Positions 12,018 through 33,674 of a stretch of DNA of 64,000 nucleotides are shown here, in pieces (position 1 is the first letter of the stretch; every line of letters starts with the position of its first letter). Source of the stretch: the human T2T-CHM13v2.0 reference genome, Homo sapiens; the NCBI RefSeq assembly GCF_009914755.1, contig NC_060930.1; one strand, written 5' to 3'. The notes below the pieces were generated by a model. That model worked only from the letters and a program-made list of their open reading frames with translations. It was not told the DNA's origin and did no database searches. Made by a program: the position numbers and the translations under genes.

Positions 12018-14710
12018 CTACTCATAAACTACTGTTTGTTATTATCCAGTGACCTCTGTGTTTGATTCTATTGCACAATCCCTATTTTTCCTTCTTTTTT
12101 TTTTTTTTTAGAGTTGGGGTCTTGCTCTATCGCCCAAGCTGGAGGGCAGTGGCATGAGCATGGCTCACTGTACCCTCAAACACCTGGGCTCAAGTGATCC
12201 TCCCCGCCCAGCCTCCATAGTAGCTGGGACTATAGGCATGTGCCAACATGGACAGCTCACAATCCCTATTTTTAAACTTCACCTCTGGCTCTTAAATGTC
12301 ATCATCCTGATCTCCAATCACAACCTTCTAGCTCTCTAGTTTTCCTCGTCCATCTACCTTTTATCTCCACTGAGATCATCTTCTCCTCTTTGGTCCTTTC
12401 ATTTCTGCCCTCTCTAGTCTAGATCTCACTGTGAGTCACTTTGATCACTCTCTGAAATGGCAGGCTCTATTATTACCCCATTTTCCTTTGTTTTCCACTA
12501 TTAGCCATCCTGCAAATTCCTATACCAAAATCATCTTTATTCACATTATTAAGTGAAGCTGGAAAAAAAAAAAGCACTCCGCTGAAGATCTGATGTCACC
12601 CCAAATGCATGGCTCCAGCCTCAGTTCAGCTTTCCACACTGCTTGCAGAAATTCCTTCATTTATCTTGAGTTTCTCCTCTCACTCCCATGGTAGCTTTTC
12701 CATTCCCACTGCCTCTTCTCACATTTCAGTAGATGAGAATAGAAGCCATAGGAAGCAAACTTCCTCAACCTCCAGCCAACCAGAGAAACTCCATTTACAT
12801 CCTGCTTCCTATGACAGAGAAGGATGGGCCCTACCCCCTATCTAAATCTTTCCAAAGCACCCTGGACTCTGGCTCATGCTTCCTGCTTCTGGGTTGCTCT
12901 CTAACCCCGCATGTACGTCCACTTTACTGCCCTAAGGAATGCCCTCCTGCATCCTGGCTTTCCTCCAGCTGCCATGCATTCTCCTGCCTTTCATCCAGAT
13001 TCGTTCAAGAAGCAGGCTGCATTTCATGAATGCCTTCTTTAGGTTGCCTTCTCTGCAGCCAACATGCTGCAAAATGACCCCTATCACCAAGGCAGTGAGA
13101 GTGCTCTCAAGAAGGCCACCACACTCCTCACTGCCATACCGAAAAGTATTTCTCCAAGACTTTTCTTTCTTGACTCTTCACTAAGACTTTCCCTCTTTGG
13201 CTTCTGTGGCAACATTCTCCCCTGCTTAGGCCTTCTGTGATAAAGTGCTGATGCTGAAGATGGAACAGCCTCCCAGAGCAGGAAAGGGGATCTTTTCAGG
13301 TAGCTGCAATGGTTTGAAAACAGTGTTGTCAAGTTACTTTTTCTCTTGCTGACTTCTCAGTAGTTACTCCTTTCCCGAGAGCCTCTATCAGTTTGCCTTT
13401 CCACCTAGTTCAGACTCTCTTAAAGTGGTTGGACTAATGTCACTGGTGGTTTGGGACTGGTGTCAGGTGGTTTCCATTGTTCCTGTTTGTTGTAATCAAA
13501 ATGATCCTCTTGAGCCCTTTTCTCCCTCATGTTCCTTGTATATGTGAAACAGCACTGCTGTCCCTACTGTTACTCAAGCCAGACATGCAGACATCAGTCC
13601 AAATTCCCTCACGTTTGTCACCCAGTCCTTCTGTCTTTTAAATTGTTCACCGTAGCATCCAGTAGACTATTAAAATAGCGGAGTGGAAGTTGGGTTAAGA
13701 GGGAGATGTAGAGAGATAGTTTTCTCCTCAAGGAAAACCAGGGGAAATGGCCACAAAGATCCTTGAGGGAAAAAGGCCTGATTTAGAGAAAATCAGGTCT
13801 TTTTCTGATTTTTCTGATTACTGTACACAGTCAGTAAAGAAACAGAAGTAAACAAAAAACAAAGTTTTAAAGAAGGGTTAATTAACAGCATCAAATACAG
13901 TCCTGTGTGCAAGGAAAGTAAAGGAGAAAAAATGTAACTGCAATTATAAAAAAAAAAATCAATGAATTTATTTTGAGAGATCAGCTGCCGCAGTATGATG
14001 GGAACTGGATGTCAGAATATAGAAATCAAAAGGAAAATGATTATGAGGAAATGGTGGAGACTGCCATAAAGAACTCACCCATGGGGGAAAACAACAACAA
14101 TAACAAGAGAAAGAGACAGCGAGTTAGAGCCCAGCAAGGGTAGCTGGGTGAAGGTATAGCTGTTATAATATTCACCTTGTTAAACTCTTAATATATCTAA
14201 CAACTTGTCTATAGATTTATTTTTGTTTTCCATTAAAATAGTCATAAATCACCCTCTTTTTCCAATATAGGAGAGTCCAAAGGATATTCAGAAGTAAAGG
14301 GGAAATGCTAATATTGTCCAGAAAGGTAGCTGAAAAGTGCACATTTATCTATCTCCTTTCCCCAAAATGCACGGAAATGAACCAAAAGTAAAGAGAAAAC
14401 CATCTGTGTTGAAACTAGGAAATGAAAATAATCTCATACTGAAGACCCTGAAAATTACCTGCAAACTATAAGGGAATCTGGGCCAAGCAAAAGAACTGCA
14501 AGTTGGCAGCATTTATCTATTCTGAGTAGAATGCTAATTTCAAAACTAAGTGAGAAGGCTTAGAAGCACCATGCACACTTGAACAGAAGACTGAAGGCCC
14601 TCAAAAAAATGAAAAGCACCTAGCAGAGGAACATGTGTACATCAAGAGTATCAGAACCGAGTAGAAAGTGGGATTGCGAGATTAAGTCATCTTTATCCTT
14701 TCTGACCCAG

Positions 14711-15000
14711 AGTTCCAGTCAGGAACACTCCCCAGGATTATTGGGCCTGCTTCTGGGCCATGGTGGTGGCGAACAAGGCCAGTGTTTAAGAGGATATGCT
14801 CTAGTTTTAGGGAGAAAGTATTTGGAGACAGCATGTGAGACTATCCACAGTCTGTTATTACCCATGCAGTTTCGAAGGGTAACGAAATAATAAACTGCCA
14901 ACACTAATCTCTCCAGCACAAGTTCTAAGGATACTAATGTAGCTCCTAAGTAACTAAAGAGAAAGATAAATCCACATTGTTCCTAGATAGCATTTATTGG
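14711..15000 (+). pseudogene. GREB1-like relic terminal exon
   Basis: ctttatcctttctgacccAG acceptor; QFRRVTK**TAN is in exact register with QFRLRDEFQTAN; DKSTLFL downstream resembles DKPLYFL. Confidence 0.78.
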
Positions 15001-15559
15001 ATAGAATTTCCTTCCTCTTCCTCTCTTCCTTCTTCCTTTAAGAACTAGGTATTAAACACATGGTATGTACCAGGCATTGTGCTAGACACTGGGAATCCTC
15101 ACACAAAACAGGGCCTAGTGGGGAAAATACAAGTTAAAGTCATACAAGTGTACTAAGTAAGATAAGAGAGATGTTCAGGGCGCTATACCAACATCTCATA
15201 GATAGCCTTATGGTAGTCCAGAAGCTTTCAAATGAATAATGAGGACTAAAGAGCCAACAAGGGACCTATGAATTAAGTACATCAAAAAATGGCAGTGGAC
15301 ATGAGCATGATAAACAAAAGCCAGTGAATGCTAAGCTTTGGAAGAATTATCTCAGGGAAGAGAAGACATAAATTATCAAAGTCTTACAAGTCTTTTGATG
15401 TGTAAGCCTTCTCTTGTGTTAAATCTGTAATTTCCCTTGGGGCATACAGGGATTTAACTCTAGCTACTGGTCTATATACAGTGGAAGTGGTTGGGGATGT
15501 ATAGAGGAATATTTACTTGCTCTTACAATGTAACTTCCTCATATAAAAAAGTGTATTAG

Positions 15560-17655
<2,096 letters not shown>

Positions 17656-17689
17656 GGAGTTACATGTTTTTAAAAGAGAGGTAAAGCAC

Positions 17690-19315
17690 AAGAAAACATA
17701 TTTGGTCTTTGTGCCAGTTCCAGGTACATGGCTTCTAAAACCCTTGGAATCTCCCGTGTGATAAGATTATCTTCTGTATGATAATGAGCTGACTGGTGCC
17801 TGGGGTTGCCTGGATGGCCTCAGGATGAGGGTGGATTGATAAAAGACCTAGGCATCTTTAGAGGCTGGAACTTCTAGCCCCACTCCCAATCTCTTGGGAC
17901 GGAAAGTTGAGTTAATCACCAATGGCCAATAACTTAATCGATCCAAGTCCACACAACAAATCCTCCATAAAAACTCCTAAAGAACAGGGTTTGGAGAGCT
18001 TCCGGGTTGAAAACTTGGAGGTACTGAGGGCTGGTGCACCCACAGAGGGCGTAAAAGCTCTCTGCCCCTCTCCCTATATCTTCTCTTCTGCATTTTTTCC
18101 ATTTGGCAGTTCCTCAGCAGTATCTTTTTTTTTTTTTTTTTTTTTTTTTTTGAGACAGGGTCCTACTCTGTTGCCCAGGCTGGAGTGCAGTGATAACATC
18201 ATAGCTCACTGGAGACGCAAACTCCTGGGCTCAAGTAATCCTCCTGTTAGCAGTGGCAAATCCACGAGTCTGCAGCAACCTCAATTCTTGCCTCCTTAGG
18301 AGAAAGAATTCGTTCGACTGAAGGGCATAAGGCAGAGAGAGAGATGGAGGTAAGTTTTAGAGCAAGCGTGAAAGTTTATTAAAAAGTTTTAAAGCAGGAA
18401 TCAAAGAATGTAAGGTACACTTGGAAGATAGCCAAGCAGGAGTCTTGAGGAGTTCAAGTGCCCAGTTTGACCTCTGACTTGGGGTTTCATATGCTGGTAT
18501 TCTGCATGTGCGGTGGCCTGCCAGCACTTAGGAGGGGGCCAATGCACAGTGTGTTTACTGAAGTTGAACAAATGCACATTGAGGCGTTCTTTCCTACAAG
18601 TTGAATGTTCCTAGAGGAAGGTCATATACCCGTTAAACTCTGCCATTTTGCCTTTGAGTGCACATGCTTGAGCCCACTCACCCAACTCCTGAGATCATAT
18701 TGGGAAGCTGCTAGTCACCAGTTTCAGGTGTTTTCTATCTGTTGGGAGACTGCCTTTCCCTAGCACTGGCTGCAACCAATTATTATTTTAAAGAGACAGT
18801 TAACAACCACCTGACCATCACCTGATGGTTGCCTAACATTCCTGGTGGTGGAAGGACCCTCTTCTGCCCTGCTCACGTCTAACTACCTGCTCTAATACTC
18901 CCACCTCAACCTCCCAAGTTACTGAGACTATAGGTGTGAGCCACCGTGCCAGGCCTGAGCTGTTATCTTTTATAATAAAATGAGAATAATCAGTGCTTCA
19001 GGGCTTTGCTGAGTTCTGTGAGGCATTCTAGCAAATTATAGAAACTGAGGGGAAGGGGCCATGGGAACCCCCAAATTTGTAGTCACCTGGGCAGAAATGT
19101 GGATCACCTGGGCACCCCATTTACAGCTGACATCTGAAGTAGGGAAGTATTGTGGGACTGAGCCTTTAACTTGTAGGGGTGGATGCTAACGCAGGCAGAC
19201 AGTATCAGAATTTAATTGAATTATTGGACATCCGGTTGATGTCTAGAGAACTGGAGAAATGGCTGGTGTTAGAACGGACATCACACATTTGGTGTCAGGA
19301 GGAAAACACCCTCGG
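17690..19315. mobile_element. MER21-like LTR hosting a nested Alu and MER50-like LTR
   Basis: MER21-like text at 17690-18120 and 18960-19315. Confidence 0.6.
18245..18897 (-). mobile_element. MER50-like ERV1 LTR inserted inside an Alu monomer
   Basis: 4-bp TSD CTCC at 18241-18244 and 18898-18901; Alu text (caagtaatcctcc|cacctcaacctcccaa) rejoins across it. Confidence 0.8.
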
Positions 19316-19696
19316 GAGGATTAAGAGGAAGGAAAGGCTTTGACAAGCAGAGGAGGCTCAAGGCATTGAGTTCAGAGTACTCCATGGAGTCAAGGAGGTC
19401 TCCGAATCCTCTGGAGTGTCCCCATCCTAATTCACAAAGTCTTGGTTTTTCCTGATTAGGACTTGCACTTACACGACCTGGTGACTAACCAACAGAGTAA
19501 CTGAATAACCCTACAGATCAATTTTTGAGTTTGGTTTTCAGTTACTTCAGCCTTAGGGTTTTCTGGTATTCTTGGTTTTATTTTTAGAAATAAAAAAAAA
19601 CAACATAGACTTGAAGGACTTCAATAGCACATAAGAAAAATAAGTTGAATCAAAAGGATGAGAAAGGATTGAAAAAGACTAGAACAATCTTTATCA

Positions 19697-21622
<1,926 letters not shown>

Positions 21623-23320
21623 TCACTCTCTTACATTTTACTAAGAGTATCCATCGGTACACGTTTTAAGGTAATTTGTTGGTACTTATTAAAATGTAAA
21701 TGTTCACAATTGCTTGCCCTCACAGTTTAATTTCTAAGAATTTTTCCTACTGAAATACTGATTTAAGGAAGCAAAATACATAGTATTTGCAAGGATGGCT
21801 AAAGAAAAAAACAAAACTACAAAAAATAAAGCATATCTACAAATGCTATTATGAAGATTCAAAATATATACCAGAACAAGTTGTATGTATGTATAGTATG
21901 AGCCTTTTATTGTAAAAAACAATAGTAACTATGACATATATGTTAATGTGTTCATAGAAAAATAATCTATGTCTAGAGGTTAAGATTACGGTTGTTTCAC
22001 TTTTAGTATATTTTTATGTTTAAGCTAGAAGCTTCTATAAATGAATAGTAATTATATATTAGTAGTAATTTACAATTGAAACACTTTAGAGGGATACCAA
22101 AGTATGAGAGGTGGTTTTCTCAGGAAGAAGAGAAATGGCGTCTGATGTTCCAGCAGAATGGAGACAGACACCAGGCTGTCAAAATCATCACTTGACAAGC
22201 TGTCTGCACAGCAATAGTTAACACGCAAATTAAACTTTTCATATACTGGATTCATAGAGAAATGTGGTGTAAATTTACCGTTACTTTAACTTAAGAAAAA
22301 AGCTGCACTACTTTTTCATAATTTAGGCCTTCCTTAACCCTGAGAAGGAGGTCCCTCTCTTACTCCCTCTTCTTACTTGAAATTGACTCATGAGTGTAAA
22401 TTCAAGCATGTCTGTGCAAATGCTCTGCAATGTTCAGAGAAGAAAACTGCTAGATCATGGGCATCTTTAACCTAGGTTTGTGTGGAGCAGCAATGAGCAT
22501 GCAAGCTGTTCCAAGGAAAAGTTAATTTTACTGCTTCATGTCAGTAAAAGTTCATATGTTTTATTTTACTATTCCAACATGAAACTTTATATTTAAAAAC
22601 CTGAAAACTATTTTTAAGTACAGCAGTCTTTCTGCATATAGTATTACTCACATGTGTGCAAATTCTGCTCAAAGCTTCGATTTAGTTGTTCCCAAAACAG
22701 TCTCTCCCTTCATATACTGTACCTCTAAATTAATCCTACATTGAGTTTAGACTATTAACATAACGTAGGCCAATCCCTGTTTAACTTGCCAATCCAAGTC
22801 TTTCATTCCTAATCTTAAAAGTGCTTCATTTTTAAAAAGCACTGAAGGAAGTAAATGCATGGAAATGGAACTTGCCTAGCAGTTTCATGTGTAGGCAGAT
22901 ACAAAAGACATCTGTGTAGTAGTAATCCAGGAATCAGATTACTCTACTGGCTCGTTTTTTCAAGGATGGTAGAAGGAATGGGCGTAACCATGGAAATGTT
23001 CCTTCCCAAAACACAAATCTTAAACAAAACCCAAAAGCCTAGAAACATCAAAAAACCCAGGAACTCTAGCTTCCAACAGAGAACTCAACATCACCATGAC
23101 ACAGAGTAGCTAAAAAGAGATCCTTCCAAAAAAGAAAGTGCTACAAAAACACAGCCTTTCGAAATTTTATCCCAGGCAAGATGCCTTTTATTCTGTAAAA
23201 TAAAACACTTGTCAGCAATAACAGAAATGAAATGTGTGTCTAAAATCTTCTTTAGAAGGACTATTATTCAGTAGCTCAATTCAGTCACTTTAGATAATTG
23301 TGGTGTGGCATTTAAATCCT

Positions 23321-24080
23321 AAATTAAAGCTCTTCCTCTACTAGTTGACATGGAAGTAATTCTGTGGGGGCTCTTGGTCTAAACTTAGCTGGAAACAACT
23401 AAAATTTGGATAAATTCATATAAAAACAACAGTCTCCTTTGCCAAAGAAGCTGGAATATGGACTGACAATATTGAAATAAATTAAACAAATGTTTATCAT
23501 ATACTATCATGTGCTAAGCACTTTCAACTGCTAGGCAAACAGCTGCCAACAAAAATAGATGAGAACTCTGTAATTTTATAGAACTTGTGAAAATAAGTAA
23601 TTCAAAATCAAAGCTATTGGAACGTTATTTTGAGCCTTAAAGGAATGTGATTATACGACCTGAGTCACTAACAGGCAGCTGTAACCTTTATTTCCCTAAT
23701 TACGGATTAGCCTTGAATAAACTCAGGTGAGCCACTGTACCTGGCTTTGAGAATTTCAATAAAAGAAAAGGAGGTGTGCCTGAAACTTCAAGACTAAAAG
23801 AGATAAATTAAGGAGGGCCAATCATGGAGAGGTTTATAGGCCACAGTAAGGAGTTGGATTTTTTTTTATGAGTAATGAGAAAACATTAATGGATTTTTGC
23901 TCTGACAAATTAAAGCTGGATATTCCTCATCTACTGGTTGAAATAGGGGTAATCCTGTAGGGACATGGATCCCTCTTGGTCTAAACTTAACCAGAAACAA
24001 CTAAAATTTGGACAAATTCATAAAAAGACAACAATCTCTTTTTCCAAAGACTCCAGAGTATGAACTGACAACACTGAAAT
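23321..24080 (+). repeat. Diverged direct duplication of ~160-170 bp (23321-23478 and 23907-24080)
   Basis: Both copies contain ctcttggtctaaactta..gaaacaactaaaatttgga.aaattcata..aa..caaca.tctc.ttt.ccaaaga....ga.tatg.actgacaa.a.tgaaat. Confidence 0.85.
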
Positions 24081-24456
24081 GTTTTGGGAGAAAAGGAATA
24101 GAAGCAGAGAGAATGGATTGGAAATGACAATAAGGAGGCTTTCAAACAGCCAAGCATTCACCTTCCTAACATCACTGAAGGATCAGGCATGGGCTGGCCT
24201 CAGTACTTAATCGTTATTTTGAACTGTGGTGGCAACAGATCTCACCAGCTGAGAATTAAAGAAAAATTCTACTCCTAGGGCCAAAAGGAGACAACTTGGA
24301 AAGTTAGAAGTTAGAAGAAGTTCACAGCCATTTCATAAATGCTCAAAAAAAAAAAAAAAAAAAAAACCCAAAACCAAAAAAAAAAAAAAAAGAAAAAAAA
24401 AAGAACACATTCTAAAGGTTTGGGTAAAAAATTTGCAAGAATTACTTGCTCTTTTC

Positions 24457-24880
24457 GCTGGGTGTGGTGGCTCACGCCTGTGATCCCAGCAATTTGGGAG
24501 GCCAAGGCAGGTGAATCACTTGAGCTCAGGAGTTCAAGACTAGCCTGGCCAACATGGCGAAAACCCATCTCTACTAAAAATACAAAAATTAGCCAGGTGT
24601 GGTGTTGCGCGACTGTAATCCCAGCACTTTGGGGGACCCAAGTGGGTGGATCACTTGTGCTCAGGAGTTCAAGACCAGCCTGGCCAACATGGCGAAACCC
24701 CATCTCTACTAAAAATACAAAAATCAGCCAGGCTTGGTAGCGTGTGCCTGTAATTTCAGCTACCTGGGAGGCTGAGGCAAAGAACTGCTTGAACTCGTAA
24801 GGCGGAAGTTGCAGTTAGCCAAGATCGCACCACTGCACTCCAGCTTGGGGGACAGAGAGAGACCCTAACTCAATTAAAAA
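24457..24880 (+). mobile_element. Alu with duplicated left arm (left-left-right trimer)
   Basis: Block ctcaggagttcaagac..gcctggccaacatggcgaaa..ccatctctactaaaaatacaaaaat occurs twice before the right arm. Confidence 0.85.
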
Positions 24881-26636
24881 AAGAAATTTTGTTTTGTTTT
24901 AATGAACCTTACAACAAAGCTGTTTATTTAAAAAAAATAAAAGCTGGTAACTAGTATGAGGTCAAATGCAGAAAGCCAGATTATAAAAAATTACCCATAT
25001 AATGTGGAATATTAAAAATGGAAATATGAAAAAAATCTGAAAAATTATATGGGTGTGTTAGAAATGGATTAGTGAAGAAAGAACATGAAGAAATATAAAA
25101 GAACAGTATGGGAGGATGGTGAAGTCTAAAATACTATTGTCTTAAAGGAAAAAGTTTTTCATATTCAAAAGAGGAATGGATTGAATGTCTCAATTTAAAG
25201 TGACATCAAGCAATTCCAAATAAATGCCATGGTTTCTGGTCTATAGAGAAGGAAAAGTCTACATTCAAGTATGCTTGGTGTATAAATTAAGATTTTCATA
25301 TGTCAAACCACTGTTCTAGTAAATATATATTATTACATTAATGCAGTGATAATTCCAGACACCAATTTCCCATGAGAGCCTATGGCTTCCTGAAGACATA
25401 ACATGTCAAAGAAGTCTGTCGGAAGACTTAAAAGTATACACACATATATATATTTAACAGAAAAATACTTTCTAATAAGCACACGAAATATTACCAACAA
25501 TGTGGTATGATACATTTAAGAATGATATCCAAAATTTTAACCATTGGTATGGGCACTGATCAATCAGAAAGCAGGCTGGCCACACTACTATAGCAGGATC
25601 CTAGAGGCCCCAGATGGGACAGGCGTTAACCCTTTAGTTGCTGGGGAGTGTGATGGGGGGGAGGTCCAGTGGGAAGGCATTCAGAGGGCTCAGGGCAGCA
25701 CCATTTACTAACCAGTATGGAAGTCTTTCCATATTTTAGCAACCAGCATGGCTATTCCAGCAGCCTTGAAGATACTAGCAGAGCATCAGCCCTGAGTGTG
25801 TCCACATAATACTCTGCAGGCACTATGTCTATTAATATGTAATGGCATCGAGTCATCCATGATACATTATTACATGAATGAGGTAGATTACATAACAGTG
25901 TGCATATTCTGATCCTTTTTAGTTCGTTGGCATGTGTGCAGGAAAAGATGGGAGTGAGAAGATTCATAGCCTCCAGTAGGATTGTGGGAGATTTTTATTT
26001 TTTCTTATTATATTTTCTAAACTTCTCACATATAAACACAAGTTAAAATGTTATGCTTAGAATACAGTATTATACTATTTTTGAAATTATGATGACTGGT
26101 ACAAAAATATGAAAAGGGGAGTATTTACCAGTAAAGAAGCTCTGATCCAAAGAAAGCAAGAATGTGTAATTATTCTCCCTATTTTCATTACAAATAATAA
26201 CACCCTCATAGAATATAGCACTGTACTCTTACATCAACTCATTAAGACACTAGGATCTGAATAAACCCTGTAGAATCACGGGATTTTACACCAAGAAAGA
26301 CTCTTAGACGATCACATCTGTGTTGTGGTCAGGCAGGCTTCTGTTCAGACATACCTGGAAGTGTATGAATCCTGCCTTCTGCTGGCTTTGTTAAAATTCA
26401 AAGATCTGCCTTTAACTGACAATACACGATATTTCTACTCTAGAGTCCTGACGGAATCAATCAAATTCTTTGCTAGTCTATCCTTATCAAAAGATTAGCC
26501 TCAAAACACATACTCATGGAGGATTGCTCAGAAGAATAGAGTCCATGCGTTCACTGAATCGATGTATAATCTATCCTTGGATCATGCCATACAATGAAAG
26601 AGTCACATATCAGAAATCATAAGATAATGGTTTCAG

Positions 26637-28926
<2,290 letters not shown>

Positions 28927-30256
28927 GTATTTGTCAAACATCATTGAACAAAAGTTACAACAAAAGAGTTATTAATCAGCAAACTCCTTTAAAATTTACA
29001 CTTCCAATGCATTCTTCATATTATAGTTACCTATACCTTCTTCATTTTATAGTTAAGACAGTTTACAACAAACTTATCTAGTGATTGTAGACAAGAGGCT
29101 TGAGAATATACATTAAGAACAAAAGGAATGAAAACAGAGAAGGGTTTCCAAGTGATGCAAAAAATGAACTGTGCTAGACAAATATAAATGTCCAGATCCC
29201 ACTTCAAGAAAGGATTTGCTGCCCAGCTGCAAAGATGGAGTTAGCTGCCAGCAACTTCAGTGTCTGCTTCAGCTGCAGAAAGCTACCTTGCTCAGGGCAG
29301 CCCACATCAGGCCACTGAGTAAGGAGTGGGTTGAAAAGCATGGCCACTTCTACAAGATATGGGATAACTCTGACAAACAATACGAACCCCAGAGAGACAT
29401 CTGTGGGCCAGCATCACAGCTCTACTTCTTGCTCTCCCCAATCCTACTTCTTCACTTCTCCTTTTAAAGGTGATGATCCCTGAAAATAATCTTATATTCC
29501 AAACTCAGTGTCTGTTTATGGAAAACCTAACCTGTGACAGTGGTCCATTTTATATTACTAAGTAGGAAAAGGAAGCTCTAAAATAGTATGTGTCATATAA
29601 AGTGGTCCCAGTTTTAAAAAAATGAACATTGACATACACATAGGAAAAAGTATTAAACAATTTTACACTAAATTTTAACTGTAGTTAACACTGGAAGAGT
29701 AGGATCATGGGGAAGTTTCTCCTACTTTATACCTTTGGAAAAGACAGAGGCATAGTTAGATGTAGACAACCTGAGTTTCAATTTTCAGGTATAGATATTA
29801 ACTCCATGAATATGTATTCACTTGGGATAGGTTAAATTATGCTGTGGTAACACACTTTCCCTAAAACAACAAACGCTTATTTCTCATTGGTGTTTTGGTC
29901 TATGTTCTACATTTCTTCATTCTGATATCCTGGCTGATAGAGAATGTCCATCTGCCAGTCTCATGGCAGAAGGAACAGGTAACACAGTGAGCATGTGCTG
30001 CCTCATAAAACTTCTGCTCAGAAATGCCACACAGAATTTCCACTCATGTATCGGTTCCTTAAATCAAGTTACATGATGTTGCCTGAATTCAAGTAAACAG
30101 GAATGAATAATCCTCCTGTAGGGAAGAGCACAGAATACAGTCGAAAAGTAACACAATCAACCACAGAATTTAAACAAATTACTCATCACACCTATTTCTT
30201 AATCTGTTAAGTGCAGATAACAGTACGATCTCAGCTGGTGAAAAGGAATGGAGAAT

Positions 30257-30604
30257 ACAGCCATCCTTTGGTATCTGTAAGAGATTGGTTCCAGGACCTC
30301 CCAAGAATACCAAAATTTGCAGATACCCAAATCCTTGGATGCTCAAATCTCTGATATAAAATGGCATAGTATGTGCATATAACCTATGCACATCCTCCAG
30401 TATATTTTAAATAATCTCTAGATTACTTATAATACCTAATACAGTATAAATGCTATGTAAATAGTTATACTGTATTGTTTAAGGAATGACAAGAAAAGAA
30501 GTATGTACATGTTCAGTACAGATGCCATTTTCCCCCCAGATATTTTAGAGCCACAGTTGGTTGAATCCACAAATCTGGAACCTAGGGAAACAGAAGGCTG
30601 ACTA
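30257..30604. mobile_element. MER2-like (Tigger-derived) DNA transposon
   Basis: gattggttccaggacc..gatgctcaaatctctgatataaaatggcatagtat..ggttgaatccac; imperfect terminal inverted repeats. Confidence 0.8.
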
Positions 30605-31182
30605 TACTTACAAGCATTTATCCCACTGGATGATATGTAATAAGCACCAAGTGTTTATTACTATACATATTTTTACTTTAAAATTTTTATGAGTATGTGT
30701 TACTTTTATAATTTATTCTGCAAGTATTTACCAAGCATCTCTGTATCAAGCACCTTTCAAGGCTGTGCAAACAAAAGAGATGAAATCTCTGCCATCCACT
30801 GAAGGCAGGATAGATAGAGGCAGGCAGACAATCTGAACAAAATGAGCTTTCCAGGAAGGTGCAAAACTGGAGGCAGAGATACCTGGCAACACTGAGCACT
30901 GAAATCTCCTTTCTTTTGCCTGATTGCATTTATATGAAAGGTCCAGAACAGGCAAATTTGTAGAGACAGAAAGTAGATTAGTGGCTGCCTAGGGCTGGGT
31001 GGGCGGATGGGAACAAAGGGGTTGGGAGCAGATGGGGAGTGAATGACTGCTCATGAGTCCAGAGTTGCTTTTTGAAGTAATAAAAATATGCTAAAATTGA
31101 TCATGGTGATTGTTACACAACTCTGTGAATATACTAAAAACCACTGAATTAAAAGTAAAGGCAGTAATTAAAATTCTAGGGG

Positions 31183-31487
31183 TTTTTTTTTTTTTTTTTT
31201 TTTGAGGCAGAGTCTTGCTCTGTCTCCCAGGCTGGAGTGCAGTGGCGCAATCTTGGCTCACTGCAAGCTCCGCCCCCCCAGGGTTCACGCCATTCCCCTG
31301 CCTCAGCCTCCCGAGTAGCTGGGAATACGGGCGCCCACCACCACGCCCGGCTGATTTTTTGTATTTTTAGTAAAGACGGGGTTTCGCCGTGTTAGCCAGG
31401 ATGGTCTCGATCCCCTGACCTCGTGATCTGCCTGCCTCGGCCTCCCAAAGTGCTGGGATTACAGGGGTGAGCCAGCGCACCCAGCCA
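31183..31487 (-). mobile_element. AluY-like
   Basis: CpG-rich antisense Alu with gcaagctccgcc / gttagccaggatggtctcgatc diagnostics. Confidence 0.9.
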
Positions 31488-31552
31488 GGTTTTTGTTTTT
31501 TTTTTTTTTTTTTTTTTTTTTAACTTTTTACAGTTAAAGTCTTTTTATAAAA

Positions 31553-31628
31553 TAAAGTATATTTTCTATGACTTAGTATCACTAGTTTTTTAAAGTATAT
31601 TTTCTATGACTTAGTATCACTAGTTTTT
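31553..31628 (+). repeat. Perfect 38-bp tandem duplication
   Basis: taaagtatattttctatgacttagtatcactagttttt x2. Confidence 0.97.
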
Positions 31629-31699
31629 TATAACTATCAAACTTGACCTTGAAAGAAAATTTGGTATCTACTTAATAGCTAAAAGTTATGAAAAAAGTA

Positions 31700-33674
<1,975 letters not shown>

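Noticed and set aside
13230-13300. Possible extra GREB1-like exon (AGKGIFSG vs EGVFFSG)
   Set aside because: Too short, borders L2-like sequence, and conflicts with GLLL found at 14744.
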